32,000 bases of DNA from an uncultured Chloroflexia bacterium. Lineage in GTDB: Bacteria; Chloroflexota; Ktedonobacteria; Ktedonobacterales; JADMIN01. The notes beneath the pieces are model-generated. The model was given only the letters and a program-made list of their open reading frames with translations. It had not been told where the DNA came from and ran no database searches. Below, in pieces: positions 17,005-24,819 of the stretch. The position numbers and the translations under genes were made by a program. The stretch is from contig CAVRAI010000003.1 in the NCBI GenBank assembly GCA_963718915.1, forward strand, positions 150,001 through 182,000, read 5' to 3'. Within the stretch, counting starts at the first letter, position 1; the number at the start of each line of letters is the position of its first letter.

Positions 17005-17879
17005 TGGTCGTTCTCCTGACTGACGCTCGACCGAGCGGTATCGCCGTTGCTCAAGATCTCGCCAAACTCAGCGCCAGTGATTGCCGAGACAACCTGTTCG
17101 GGCGTGGTGTTACGGACATCGAACGTGGCGACGCGCTGGCCGAGGCGCAGCACAATCACGCGGTCCACCACCTCGAAGACATCGGCGAGGTTGTGGGAAA
17201 TGACGACGACCGCCAGCCCACGGTCCCGCAGGCGACGAATCAGGTGCAACACCTGACGTGTCTGTGCGACGCCGAGCGCTGCCGTTGGCTCATCCAGCAG
17301 AACCACCTGGGCATTGCGCAAAATCGTCTTGGCGACCGCGATCGACTGTCGCTGCCCACCAGAGAGCGACGCGACCGGGACGCGAATCGAAGGGATTTTG
17401 ACATCCAGCTGCTCAAGCACTTCGCGTGTGCGGCGCTCCATTTCGATTTCATTGAGCGGCCGAATGAGGTAAGGGATCACTGTCGTGCGATCTTCACGGC
17501 CGAGATAGAGGTTGGCGACGACATCGAGGTTATCACAGAGCGCGAGGTCCTGATACACCGTCTCGATGCCAAGGTCCGTAGCATCCGAAGGCTTGGTAAT
17601 GGTGGCGCGCTTGCCACCGACATAGATCGTCCCGGTATCGGGGACATTGACGCCTGAGATCGTTTTGATGAGGGTTGATTTGCCAGCGCCGTTATCGCCG
17701 ACCAGGCCAACGACCTCACCAGAATAGACCTCGAAATCTACATTGCGGAGCGCCTGTACAGCTCCGAATGCCTTGGATATGCCCGTAATACGCAACGCTG
17801 GCTCGCCGCGCTGGGGAGTCTGGCCCTGCGCGCCGGGAGCGCTGCCGCCACTGGGGTTGGGGGAAGCATACTCAGCCAT
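17001..17879 (-). CDS. Sugar ABC transporter ATP-binding protein (single NBD, XylG-like)
   Basis: I prefer the ATG at 17879 (GAGGAAGGGA upstream). Walker A GDNGAGKST, signature LSGGQRQ, Walker B VVLLDEPTAAL. Confidence 0.9.
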   Translation of the reverse strand: MAEYASPNPSGGSAPGAQGQTPQRGEPALRITGISKAFGAVQALRNVDFEVYSGEVVGLVGDNGAGKSTLIKTISGVNVPDTGTIYVGGKRATITKPSDATDLGIETVYQDLALCDNLDVVANLYLGREDRTTVIPYLIRPLNEIEMERRTREVLEQLDVKIPSIRVPVASLSGGQRQSIAVAKTILRNAQVVLLDEPTAALGVAQTRQVLHLIRRLRDRGLAVVVISHNLADVFEVVDRVIVLRLGQRVATFDVRNTTPEQVVSAITGAEFGEILSNGDTARSSVSQENDQ

Positions 17880-18200
17880 GTACGGTCCCTTCCTCGTCGA
17901 AGCTGACACACTGCTACGCTGATTCAAACCTCACTCGATGCGGGACGTGAAGGAGGCTCATGCCTACAAGTATACATGCAAGGCCGGAAGCATGACGATA
18001 GGGATTGTACACAGCGCGCGGTGTAAGAGAGGTGTACGAGAGATGAGAGAGGAGCAGCATCCATTCCTGGAGCCTGCCCCTCTCGATGAAGCTCAGCGCC
18101 TCGGCAATCGTCTACCCGAAAGCACGTCTCGCCGCGGCGCTAAATCAGCGGTGAAGAACCGTCCCCCATGACGAGGAACGATTCCCACCAGTACGCATGA

Positions 18201-19325
18201 CTAACAAATACCGCCAGCTCCAGCGGGGACGCCCTGGCAGATGTCAGACTTCGTGACATAGCCATCGGCGAGCACCGTCGAGGAGATGTTCGAGATGTCA
18301 ACCGCTACTGGCGTTTCGAGCGTGGCAGGAACCGACTTGCCGTCGGCCAGCTTGATCGAAGCGACAGCGAGCGAGGAGGTGTCTGTGCCCTTGCTGAGCG
18401 CGGCCACCAGGGCTGCGGTCGCATCGGCCTCTTTGCCGATGGCCTTGTAGATGGTCATCGCCTGGTTGCCTTCCAGAATGTTCTGGAAGCCGATAACGGT
18501 CGCGTCCTGTCCGGTGACAAGGACCTTACCCGCGAGATTCTGCGCCTTCAGCGCGGCGATAACCGTGCTGGCCATGCCGTCATTGGCGACATAGGCGACG
18601 GCAAGCTTGTTGCCAATCTTGCTCAGCGCGCCTTCCATCTCGGTCTGCGCTGTCTGGTTGTTCCAGGCAGGCGTGTAGGTCTCGAACTGGAGTTTCAGGC
18701 TGTTGGCGTTGATTAGCGGATCAAGCGCCTCATGGGCGCCATTGTGGAAGAGAATCGCGTTGTTGTCGTCTGGCGACCCATTGATCATGACCAGGTTGTT
18801 GTTGCCCTGGGCGGTAACGTACTTCTGATAGTGATCAACGATGTACTGACCCTGCAGCTTGCCAACCTGGGTATTGTCGAACGAGACATAGAAGGCAAGG
18901 TTGTCGTCCTGAATCAGGCGGTCATAGGCAATGACCGGGACGTTCTGAGCGTGGGCCTTGTCGACGATTGCCGCGGAAGCAGTCGCATCGACAGGAGCCA
19001 CCACCAGGATACAATCGCCCTTGGTCAGCGCGGTTTCTGCCTGATTGGTCTGCGTGTCTTTATTGTTGACCGCATTATAGAAGTCAGTAGTCGCGCCCGG
19101 CAGAGCCTTCTTGATGGCTGCGTCGAGCAGTGGGTGGTCTTTCTGCTCCCAGCGCGGCGAGGTATCGGTCTCTGGCAACAGAACGCCGACCTTCATGCAG
19201 CCCTTTGGGCCACTTGCGGTCGACGAAGTGCCGCTGCTACAACCGGCCAGCACGCTTGTCGCAAGCACGCCTCCCAGAATCAAGGTTGCCGCTACCCGCC
19301 AATGGGTATGTTTGCTGAGCTGCAT
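18201..19325 (-). CDS. Sugar-binding lipoprotein of a CUT2 ABC transporter (XylF-like)
   Basis: The track ORF starts at 19358. I prefer the ATG at 19325 (GGAG 9 nt upstream), giving MQLSKHTHWRVAATLILGGVLATSVLAGC with lipobox LAGC. The periplasmic-binding-protein pattern (KVGVLLPETDTSPRWE...VIAYDRL...VSFDN...VTGQDAT) resembles actinobacterial xylose-binding proteins. Confidence 0.88.
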   Translation of the reverse strand: MQLSKHTHWRVAATLILGGVLATSVLAGCSSGTSSTASGPKGCMKVGVLLPETDTSPRWEQKDHPLLDAAIKKALPGATTDFYNAVNNKDTQTNQAETALTKGDCILVVAPVDATASAAIVDKAHAQNVPVIAYDRLIQDDNLAFYVSFDNTQVGKLQGQYIVDHYQKYVTAQGNNNLVMINGSPDDNNAILFHNGAHEALDPLINANSLKLQFETYTPAWNNQTAQTEMEGALSKIGNKLAVAYVANDGMASTVIAALKAQNLAGKVLVTGQDATVIGFQNILEGNQAMTIYKAIGKEADATAALVAALSKGTDTSSLAVASIKLADGKSVPATLETPVAVDISNISSTVLADGYVTKSDICQGVPAGAGGIC

Positions 19326-19359
19326 CGCGCGTCGCTCCAATCTGAACGTGTTCAACATG

Positions 19360-19379
19360 GATGAAGCGATTGCTTCATC
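19360..19379. promoter_or_regulatory. 8-bp inverted repeat just upstream of the binding-protein gene (operator or mRNA hairpin candidate)
   Basis: GATGAAGC (19360-19367), then GATT, then GCTTCATC (19372-19379). Confidence 0.3.
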
Positions 19380-19437
19380 GCAATCCCCTCGTGGGTTCCC
19401 CTCACGAAATACATGATACTCATGTCATGATGCTCAT

Positions 19438-19454
19438 GATTCCACCGTGGAATC
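19438..19454. promoter_or_regulatory. Perfect 17-bp palindrome, candidate ROK-regulator operator
   Basis: GATTCCAC-C-GTGGAATC at 19438-19454. It is flanked by TCATGA-rich palindromic sequence (19420-19440) and lies about 115 nt upstream of the operon's first gene. Confidence 0.35.
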
Positions 19455-19598
19455 GGACAGGATCGCGTTCGCCTGAGGTCGTTCGCACCCTCCTTTCGCC
19501 CCAACAGTACAGGAACTATGCTTCAGAAAGGCGGCGCTTTTACCTTGTCACCATACGTAATAACACGTAGCGCAGGCCGCCGCCAGACGGGAAAGTCG

Positions 19599-20978
19599 TT
19601 AACTGATACCCTCCGCCGCAATAAGAAAGTCACCAGCGGAAAGCGCTGGCATAGTCGTCAGCGACGGCGGCCCAAAGGCAGCTTCGATTACTGTAGCCAC
19701 CGCGCCGAGCGCAATGGCGTTATCGCCCAGTTGCGCCATCTCGATGCTGGTGGCAGCCGATGACGCGGCGAGGCTGCGGCGGGCAATGCCCTGACGGATC
19801 GGCCCCAGGAGAAACTCTCCCGCGCGCGCCATACTACCATCGAGCAAGATCAGCGACGGGTTGAAGATGTTGACCAGGCCCGCAAGCGCAATGCCAATAT
19901 GGTATCCCGCGCGCTCGATGGCTTCCTGGGCAACTTTGTCGCCCGCCAGCGCCGCCTGTACCACGTCAGCCACATCAAGCGGATTAGCGCGTCGTGGCCC
20001 GACAGCCGCCGAACCGTCCGCGTTATGGTCATCACTCGCGTCACTGCTATCATGATATACGCCACGAGCGGCGGCCATTGTCACAGCAGCCGCTCCTGCC
20101 ACCACCTCCAGGCAGCCGCGATTGCCGCAGTCGCAGAGCGGGCCATTGTCGTCAATCGTGACATGTCCCAGTTCGCCCGCGGTGCCGCCAGCGCCGCGAT
20201 AGATATCGCCGTCCATAATCAGGCCGCAGCCGATGCCTGTGGCAACCTTGACATACGCCATGTATTCGACATTGCGGGCCGCCCCATACTGGCTCTCGCC
20301 GCGCGCGCCCATGTTGGCGTCGTTATCCAGGTAGATGGGCACCTTGCAGGCGCGCTCCATCACCGCGCGCATATCAAACTGATCCCACCCAGGCATGCGC
20401 GGCGGCCGCACCAGCATGCGCGAGGCGGCATCCATCGGGCCGGGGATTCCCAGGCCGACGCCGATAATCTGATGCCAGCCGATATGATGCTCGGTGGTGA
20501 AATCCATCAGACTGGCAATCACCTGCTGCAGACAGATTTCGGGGCCAAGCGAGGCATTGAACGGCCCGGAATGGCGCGCGATGATCTGGCCAGCAAGATT
20601 GGTCAGCAGCAGTGTGAGATGGCTGCGGCCCAGGTCCACTCCGATGACATACCCGGCGTCTGCGTTAAAGTGCAGGAGGGTCGCGCGCCGTCCACCCGTA
20701 GGCGCCGCTTCAACGGTCTTCCCCTCGAAAAGCAGGTTATCCGAGAGCAACTCATCGACGATGCTGCTGACGGTGGTTCGTGAGAGTCCGGTCCGATGAG
20801 CGACGGCGACACGGGTAATCGGGCCAGAGACACGCACACCATTGAGGATGAGGAGCCGATTCAATTCGCGCATCAGGCGCAAATCGGCCCCCCTGGACGT
20901 GGCAGGGCGGGTGGATTGACGCACATCGCGCGCCCGCATGGAGCGCACAATATGGCGGACTGTCTTCGTCACAACCAT
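19599..20978 (-). CDS. ROK-family transcriptional regulator (XylR/NagC-like)
   Basis: I prefer the ATG at 20978. N-terminal wHTH (LMRELNRLLILNGVRVSGPITRVAVAHRTGLSRTTVSSIVDELL) and the ROK zinc motif LCDCGNRGCLE. Confidence 0.9.
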   Translation of the reverse strand: MVVTKTVRHIVRSMRARDVRQSTRPATSRGADLRLMRELNRLLILNGVRVSGPITRVAVAHRTGLSRTTVSSIVDELLSDNLLFEGKTVEAAPTGGRRATLLHFNADAGYVIGVDLGRSHLTLLLTNLAGQIIARHSGPFNASLGPEICLQQVIASLMDFTTEHHIGWHQIIGVGLGIPGPMDAASRMLVRPPRMPGWDQFDMRAVMERACKVPIYLDNDANMGARGESQYGAARNVEYMAYVKVATGIGCGLIMDGDIYRGAGGTAGELGHVTIDDNGPLCDCGNRGCLEVVAGAAAVTMAAARGVYHDSSDASDDHNADGSAAVGPRRANPLDVADVVQAALAGDKVAQEAIERAGYHIGIALAGLVNIFNPSLILLDGSMARAGEFLLGPIRQGIARRSLAASSAATSIEMAQLGDNAIALGAVATVIEAAFGPPSLTTMPALSAGDFLIAAEGIS

Positions 20979-21206
20979 TCCCTTTCTTCCCGTGCGTGAG
21001 AACAAGAGTAGCATGTGTAACACAGTTCGTCAAGAGTCTTTACTAAATCCATGCAAACAGCCACGACGTGCGGAACGATGGTGAGTAGCGGTGCAGAGAG
21101 CGGGCAATACGGGGCGGTTGCAGGGCTATAGGGCCTGCGTGGCGGGCGCGTGTGGAGATGCTTCGGCCCGCCTCACAATCCCGTCACACTGTGAGAGAGC
21201 GGCGTA

Positions 21207-21470
21207 CCCGGAGCGTAATGAATGTTCACGTATTCCTCCGAACACCGCGCGTTGTGGCGGGCGAGGCTAGCCGTAGCATGATGAACTTTCACTGTTTACC
21301 CCGAACACCGCGCGTCGTGGTGAGGTGAGGCTGGCCGTAGCATGATGCTACGGCGAATGGGGCGGGGAAATTCGCCGCAGCCTTCAGGCTGCGGTCGGCC
21401 CACCCCAGAACCCTGTTCGGGGTAATTTGTTACAGTTCATCATGCTACAGCGGATTCCCCCGCCCCTCAG
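21207..21470. repeat. Intergenic nested-hairpin repeat element, copy B
   Basis: The 42-mer at 21224-21265 is identical to 14085-14126. Hairpin GCCGTAGCAT-G-ATGCTACGGC at 21334-21354. GGCGAAT/ATTCGCC at 21352-21376. CCGCAGCC-TTCA-GGCTGCGG at 21375-21394. A long-range stem joins 21273-21287 to 21434-21448 (15 bp), extended by TTACCCCGAACA/TGTTCGGGGTAA. Like copy A, it ends in CGCCCCTCAG. Confidence 0.8.
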
Positions 21471-21530
21471 TCTCCTGCGCGTTTGATCTACAACAAGTCA
21501 GCCGAACTTGGTGTGAGATACCCTGGAGCG

Positions 21531-21564
21531 CACGTGGAACGCTCAGGACAATACGTTCCACGTG
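21531..21564 (-). terminator. 11-bp perfect hairpin 36 nt downstream of hisS (candidate terminator, no U-tract)
   Basis: CACGTGGAACG (21531-21541) pairs with CGTTCCACGTG (21554-21564), with a 12-nt loop. Confidence 0.35.
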
Positions 21565-21599
21565 AAAGCGGCGACAAGGGGAAAAGGGGGAAGAGCGCG

Positions 21600-22883
21600 C
21601 TAGTGTCCTTCGAGCGTCTTGATCTCTGGCAGCGTCTCGCCCGCGCGATAGAGCGCCATCAGGGTGTAGCCCTGACCGGAGAGTTCATCGAGCTGGCGGC
21701 GCATCTTCTTCGCGCGCGGCTGCATATTGACGATGTAGCCCTGCTCGCGAAGCGCCGCGCTGGCCACCAGCACGCCTGCCAGGTCGTCGGCCTCGGCGTC
21801 GTAGAGGAGCGCCAGCTTCTGCCTGCTCGTCGTCAGCGCATAGCCGCGCTGTTCCAGAATCTGCATCAGCCGCTCGAAGCCAATCGAAAACCCACTAGCG
21901 GGCACATCGCGTCCCAGCAGCTTGCCAATGAGTTTGTCGTAGCGCCCGCCACCCGCGATGGAGCCACTATAGCCGGGCGCCTCAATCTCGAAGATATTCC
22001 CGGTATAGTAGCCCATACCACGCACGAGCGTCGGATCGAAGACCAGCGTGAAGCGCTCGCCCGCCTGGCTGCCGACCGTGCTGATGATACGCTCCAGCCG
22101 GTCCAGCGGCTCGTTGGGGATGCCAGCGGGCATTGCGGCGCGGGTGGAGGCGAAGTCGCCGCGATTCCCCGCGAAGCCCGCGAGCGCGGTCATGATCCGC
22201 TGGATTGGCTCGGCGGCGAAGTCTTTGGATTCCAACTCGGCGCGGACGCCATCCAGCCCGACCTTATCCAGCTTATCCAGCGTGATGAAGACGCTGCCGA
22301 AGTCCTCGGAGACGAACCCGCACGACTCGGCCAGCCCATAGAGAATCTGGCGGTCGTTGATACGCACGGTGAAGCCAGTGAAGCCAAGCGCGGTAATGGC
22401 GTCGGCGGTCGCGCTGACCAACTCGATCTCGGCCAGCTCCGACGCCTCGCCGATGATGTCGATGTCGCACTGGGTAAACTGACGGAAGCGCCCCGCCTGT
22501 GGCCGCTCGGCGCGCCAGACTGGGCCGACCTGAATCACCTTGAACGGCGAGGGCAGCTTCGCGGCGTTGTTGGCATAGTAGCGCGCTAGCGGCGCCGTGA
22601 GATCGTAGCGCAGGCCCAGATCAACCAGGTCATCCTCGCGCAGATTCGGCGCGGCAAGATCCAGTTTCTCGCCGCGCTTGAGCACTTTATAGATCATCTT
22701 CTCGTTCTCGCCGCCCTCGCCGCTGGTGAGCAGCTCGATGCGTTCGAGCGCGGGGGTCTCGATGCGGGTGAAGCCGTAGCGCTGGTAACAGTCGAGTATG
22801 GTGGCGGTGACGGCGTCGCGCAGCTCCACCTCACGCGGAAGCAGGTCGCGCATGCCACGCGCCGGTGTTGCGTTGGCGCCCAT
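21600..22883 (-). CDS. hisS: Histidine--tRNA ligase
   Basis: 427-aa ORF with GGGAGG upstream of the ATG. Class II motifs are present: RGMRDLLP, motif 2 VWRAERPQAGRFRQFTQCD, the His-specific AGGGRYD, motif 3 GFSIGFERL, and a C-terminal anticodon-binding-like domain. Confidence 0.93.
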   Translation of the reverse strand: MGANATPARGMRDLLPREVELRDAVTATILDCYQRYGFTRIETPALERIELLTSGEGGENEKMIYKVLKRGEKLDLAAPNLREDDLVDLGLRYDLTAPLARYYANNAAKLPSPFKVIQVGPVWRAERPQAGRFRQFTQCDIDIIGEASELAEIELVSATADAITALGFTGFTVRINDRQILYGLAESCGFVSEDFGSVFITLDKLDKVGLDGVRAELESKDFAAEPIQRIMTALAGFAGNRGDFASTRAAMPAGIPNEPLDRLERIISTVGSQAGERFTLVFDPTLVRGMGYYTGNIFEIEAPGYSGSIAGGGRYDKLIGKLLGRDVPASGFSIGFERLMQILEQRGYALTTSRQKLALLYDAEADDLAGVLVASAALREQGYIVNMQPRAKKMRRQLDELSGQGYTLMALYRAGETLPEIKTLEGH

Positions 22884-22921
22884 GATGATAGTCCTCCCTG
22901 ATGTTGCGATAATGGCGCTTC

Positions 22922-22930
22922 ATTGTAGCA
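22922..22930 (-). promoter_or_regulatory. Extended -10 element (TGCTACAAT) upstream of hisS
   Basis: The minus strand reads cctgTGCTACAATgaag about 39 nt upstream of the ATG. I found no convincing -35. Confidence 0.4.
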
Positions 22931-23380
22931 CAGGGGAGCAGGCTGGCGGCGGTTGTTGGCGCGTGAGCATCGCAACTCGCAAGTGGGGTAGCGCAAACAC
23001 ACGTTGTCTGGTATACTTGGCGCATAGCTTCTATGCGAATGCCGCCCCTGTTGGCGCAGGAACGGCACTCTGGCCCGCAACGCTACCATTACCTAGCGTG
23101 GGGTTGCCCGTATCTTACCCCACGCGCCTGTCTCGAAACGAGAGGCGCACGACATGATCTCCACCTTTTTCCTCTTTTTCCATCCGCATGCACATCTCTT
23201 CACTGTGCGCTCGCAGTTCGCAAACGCCGTGATCCGCCCATGTACGGGCAATCATGAACACCCCGTAGCGCGTCCAGCGTAGTGTGTTTGTATATCCGTC
23301 TAGCCAGCTTTCAGTCAATGGGTTTCCATTATGGAAGGCCCCCTTGGACATGCGATGAAATGAGGAATTGGAGAGGTTTC

Positions 23381-24238
23381 ATGAACAACGATGATACACA
23401 AGCGCAAGAAATGCAGGCCATAACACCAACACGGCAAGAAGTAGTTCCCCTTTTTGATCGCTTGATTGTCGCGGTATCCCTCCCCGACGGGCGTATTGCT
23501 GCGACATTGGCAAGTTTGTGTGACGCATTGGGACTTACTCAGCCCAGTCAATCGCGCCGCATTCGTGCTGATGAGGTGCTGGCTGATGAATTGCTCTCCG
23601 TGGCCATTGAAACGAGTAGTGGTGTTCAGACAATGGGCGCATTGACCGCCTGGGCGATTCCCTTGTGGCTGACTGGCGTCCATGTCACTCGTCTGGCAGA
23701 GTCAAAACGTGCGGCGATTCTGGCCTTCAAGAAACAGGCGGCGAATGTGCTCTATGAGCATTTCTCGCAGTTGACGCTCCCGCCACCACCACCGACGACG
23801 CTCGTTCCCGCTGAGCCGATAGAGAAGCCGAGCTATCCTGACGATTCGGCAACCATGGATGAGCGGCGGAAGTATCACCGCGACATGGTGACGTGGCTCG
23901 ACTGGCAGGCCGATGTTGCCGCATGGCAGCGCGACACGAACAATCGGCTCGATGGCCTGGAGAGCGAGGTGGAATCGCTGCATGAAGTGGTGCGGCTCGT
24001 GCCTGAGTTGTTGGAGCGGATGGGGCCAGCGACACTGAGTCCTGAGCATCAGCATAGTGTCCAGGCGCTAGCGAAGCGGCTGCACGAGGTGGGCGGCTTC
24101 GGCTTTGCCACCATCTACAGCGAACTTAATGCCGCATTCCACGTCGGCAAATACGACCAGATCAGCGATACATCATGGGAAGATGTTGCCCACTGGTTTG
24201 CCACGCGCATCAACGCGGCGGAGCGGCGACGTAGATAG
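23381..24238 (+). CDS. Phage antirepressor-like protein (P22_AR N-terminal domain plus ORF6C-like C-terminal domain)
   Basis: ATG at 23381 with GGAGAGG upstream. The N-terminus VVPLFDRLIVAVSLPDGRIAATLASLCDALGLTQPSQSRRIRADEVLADELL...AIPLWLTGVHVTRLAESKRAAILAFKKQAANVLYEHF fits my recollection of the P22_AR_N pattern. The C-terminus HSVQALAKRLHEVGGFGFATIYSELNAAFHVGKYDQISDTSWEDVAHWF resembles ORF6C. Local GC is about 53% by hand count. Confidence 0.75.
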   Translation: MNNDDTQAQEMQAITPTRQEVVPLFDRLIVAVSLPDGRIAATLASLCDALGLTQPSQSRRIRADEVLADELLSVAIETSSGVQTMGALTAWAIPLWLTGVHVTRLAESKRAAILAFKKQAANVLYEHFSQLTLPPPPPTTLVPAEPIEKPSYPDDSATMDERRKYHRDMVTWLDWQADVAAWQRDTNNRLDGLESEVESLHEVVRLVPELLERMGPATLSPEHQHSVQALAKRLHEVGGFGFATIYSELNAAFHVGKYDQISDTSWEDVAHWFATRINAAERRRR

Positions 24239-24288
24239 CGGAGATGATACATTGTTCGCAATAGGTACCCCGCGAAAGGAGGCAGGCC

Positions 24289-24777
24289 GTGACGCGCCCA
24301 CCACACCGTCCACTGCTGAGCGATTTGCTCCGCGTGATCGGCATTGGCCAGACCCAGGAGTACGAGGGGCTGAAGCTATCTCTCCTGGCGCTTGAAGTGT
24401 ACGCCGGTGGCTGTATCTTGACCATATTGCTCCAGCGCGATCAGCCTATACAGGAGCATGATGACGGGGATATTCATAGACGCATACCCATCCTGGGACA
24501 GGTCGCAGTGACGATAACCGATGATTGCGGCGGGGAGTACACAGGAACAATGGGTGAGCGTGGCAGTTCGTCCGGCCCAGGCTTCTGGAAGGGACGTGGT
24601 CAGTTCATATGTATGCCAACACTTGATCCCGCCGCACGCGAGTTGCACATCGAGATTCCAACCGTTACATGGCAATACATGGAAGAAACCGGACAGGAAG
24701 ACATACGCAAAGTACCAGGAGAAACCATCTATGGCCCCTGGAGCTTCACTGTTCAGCTTCCTGCCGCCAACACGTAG
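24289..24777 (+). CDS. Hypothetical 162-aa protein, no family recognised
   Basis: GTG start with AAGGAGG 6 nt upstream, 50 nt after the antirepressor-like gene. It has the same lowered GC (53% in the 24401-24500 hand count) and no TM segment or signal peptide. Confidence 0.6.
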   Translation: MTRPPHRPLLSDLLRVIGIGQTQEYEGLKLSLLALEVYAGGCILTILLQRDQPIQEHDDGDIHRRIPILGQVAVTITDDCGGEYTGTMGERGSSSGPGFWKGRGQFICMPTLDPAARELHIEIPTVTWQYMEETGQEDIRKVPGETIYGPWSFTVQLPAANT

Positions 24778-24819
24778 GCATACTTTACGCCGCGCAGGCG
24801 CATGTATGCCACGTTTCCA

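Noticed and set aside
21483-22589. 368-aa plus-strand ORF
   Set aside because: It is the antisense shadow of hisS, which carries unmistakable class II synthetase motifs on the minus strand.
22884-23160. Possible T-box leader upstream of hisS
   Set aside because: I found no T-box consensus (GGGTGGTACCGCG-like) and no specifier or antiterminator arrangement on the minus strand. An extended -10 only about 39 nt from the ATG suggests a short leader. The hairpins further upstream remain unexplained.
23115-23351. 78-aa minus-strand ORF divergent from the antirepressor-like gene (a possible small repressor)
   Set aside because: I could recognise no helix-turn-helix pattern and no RBS, and it overlaps a plus-strand ORF of similar quality. 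It is worth re-checking only if the islet proves to be a functional module.
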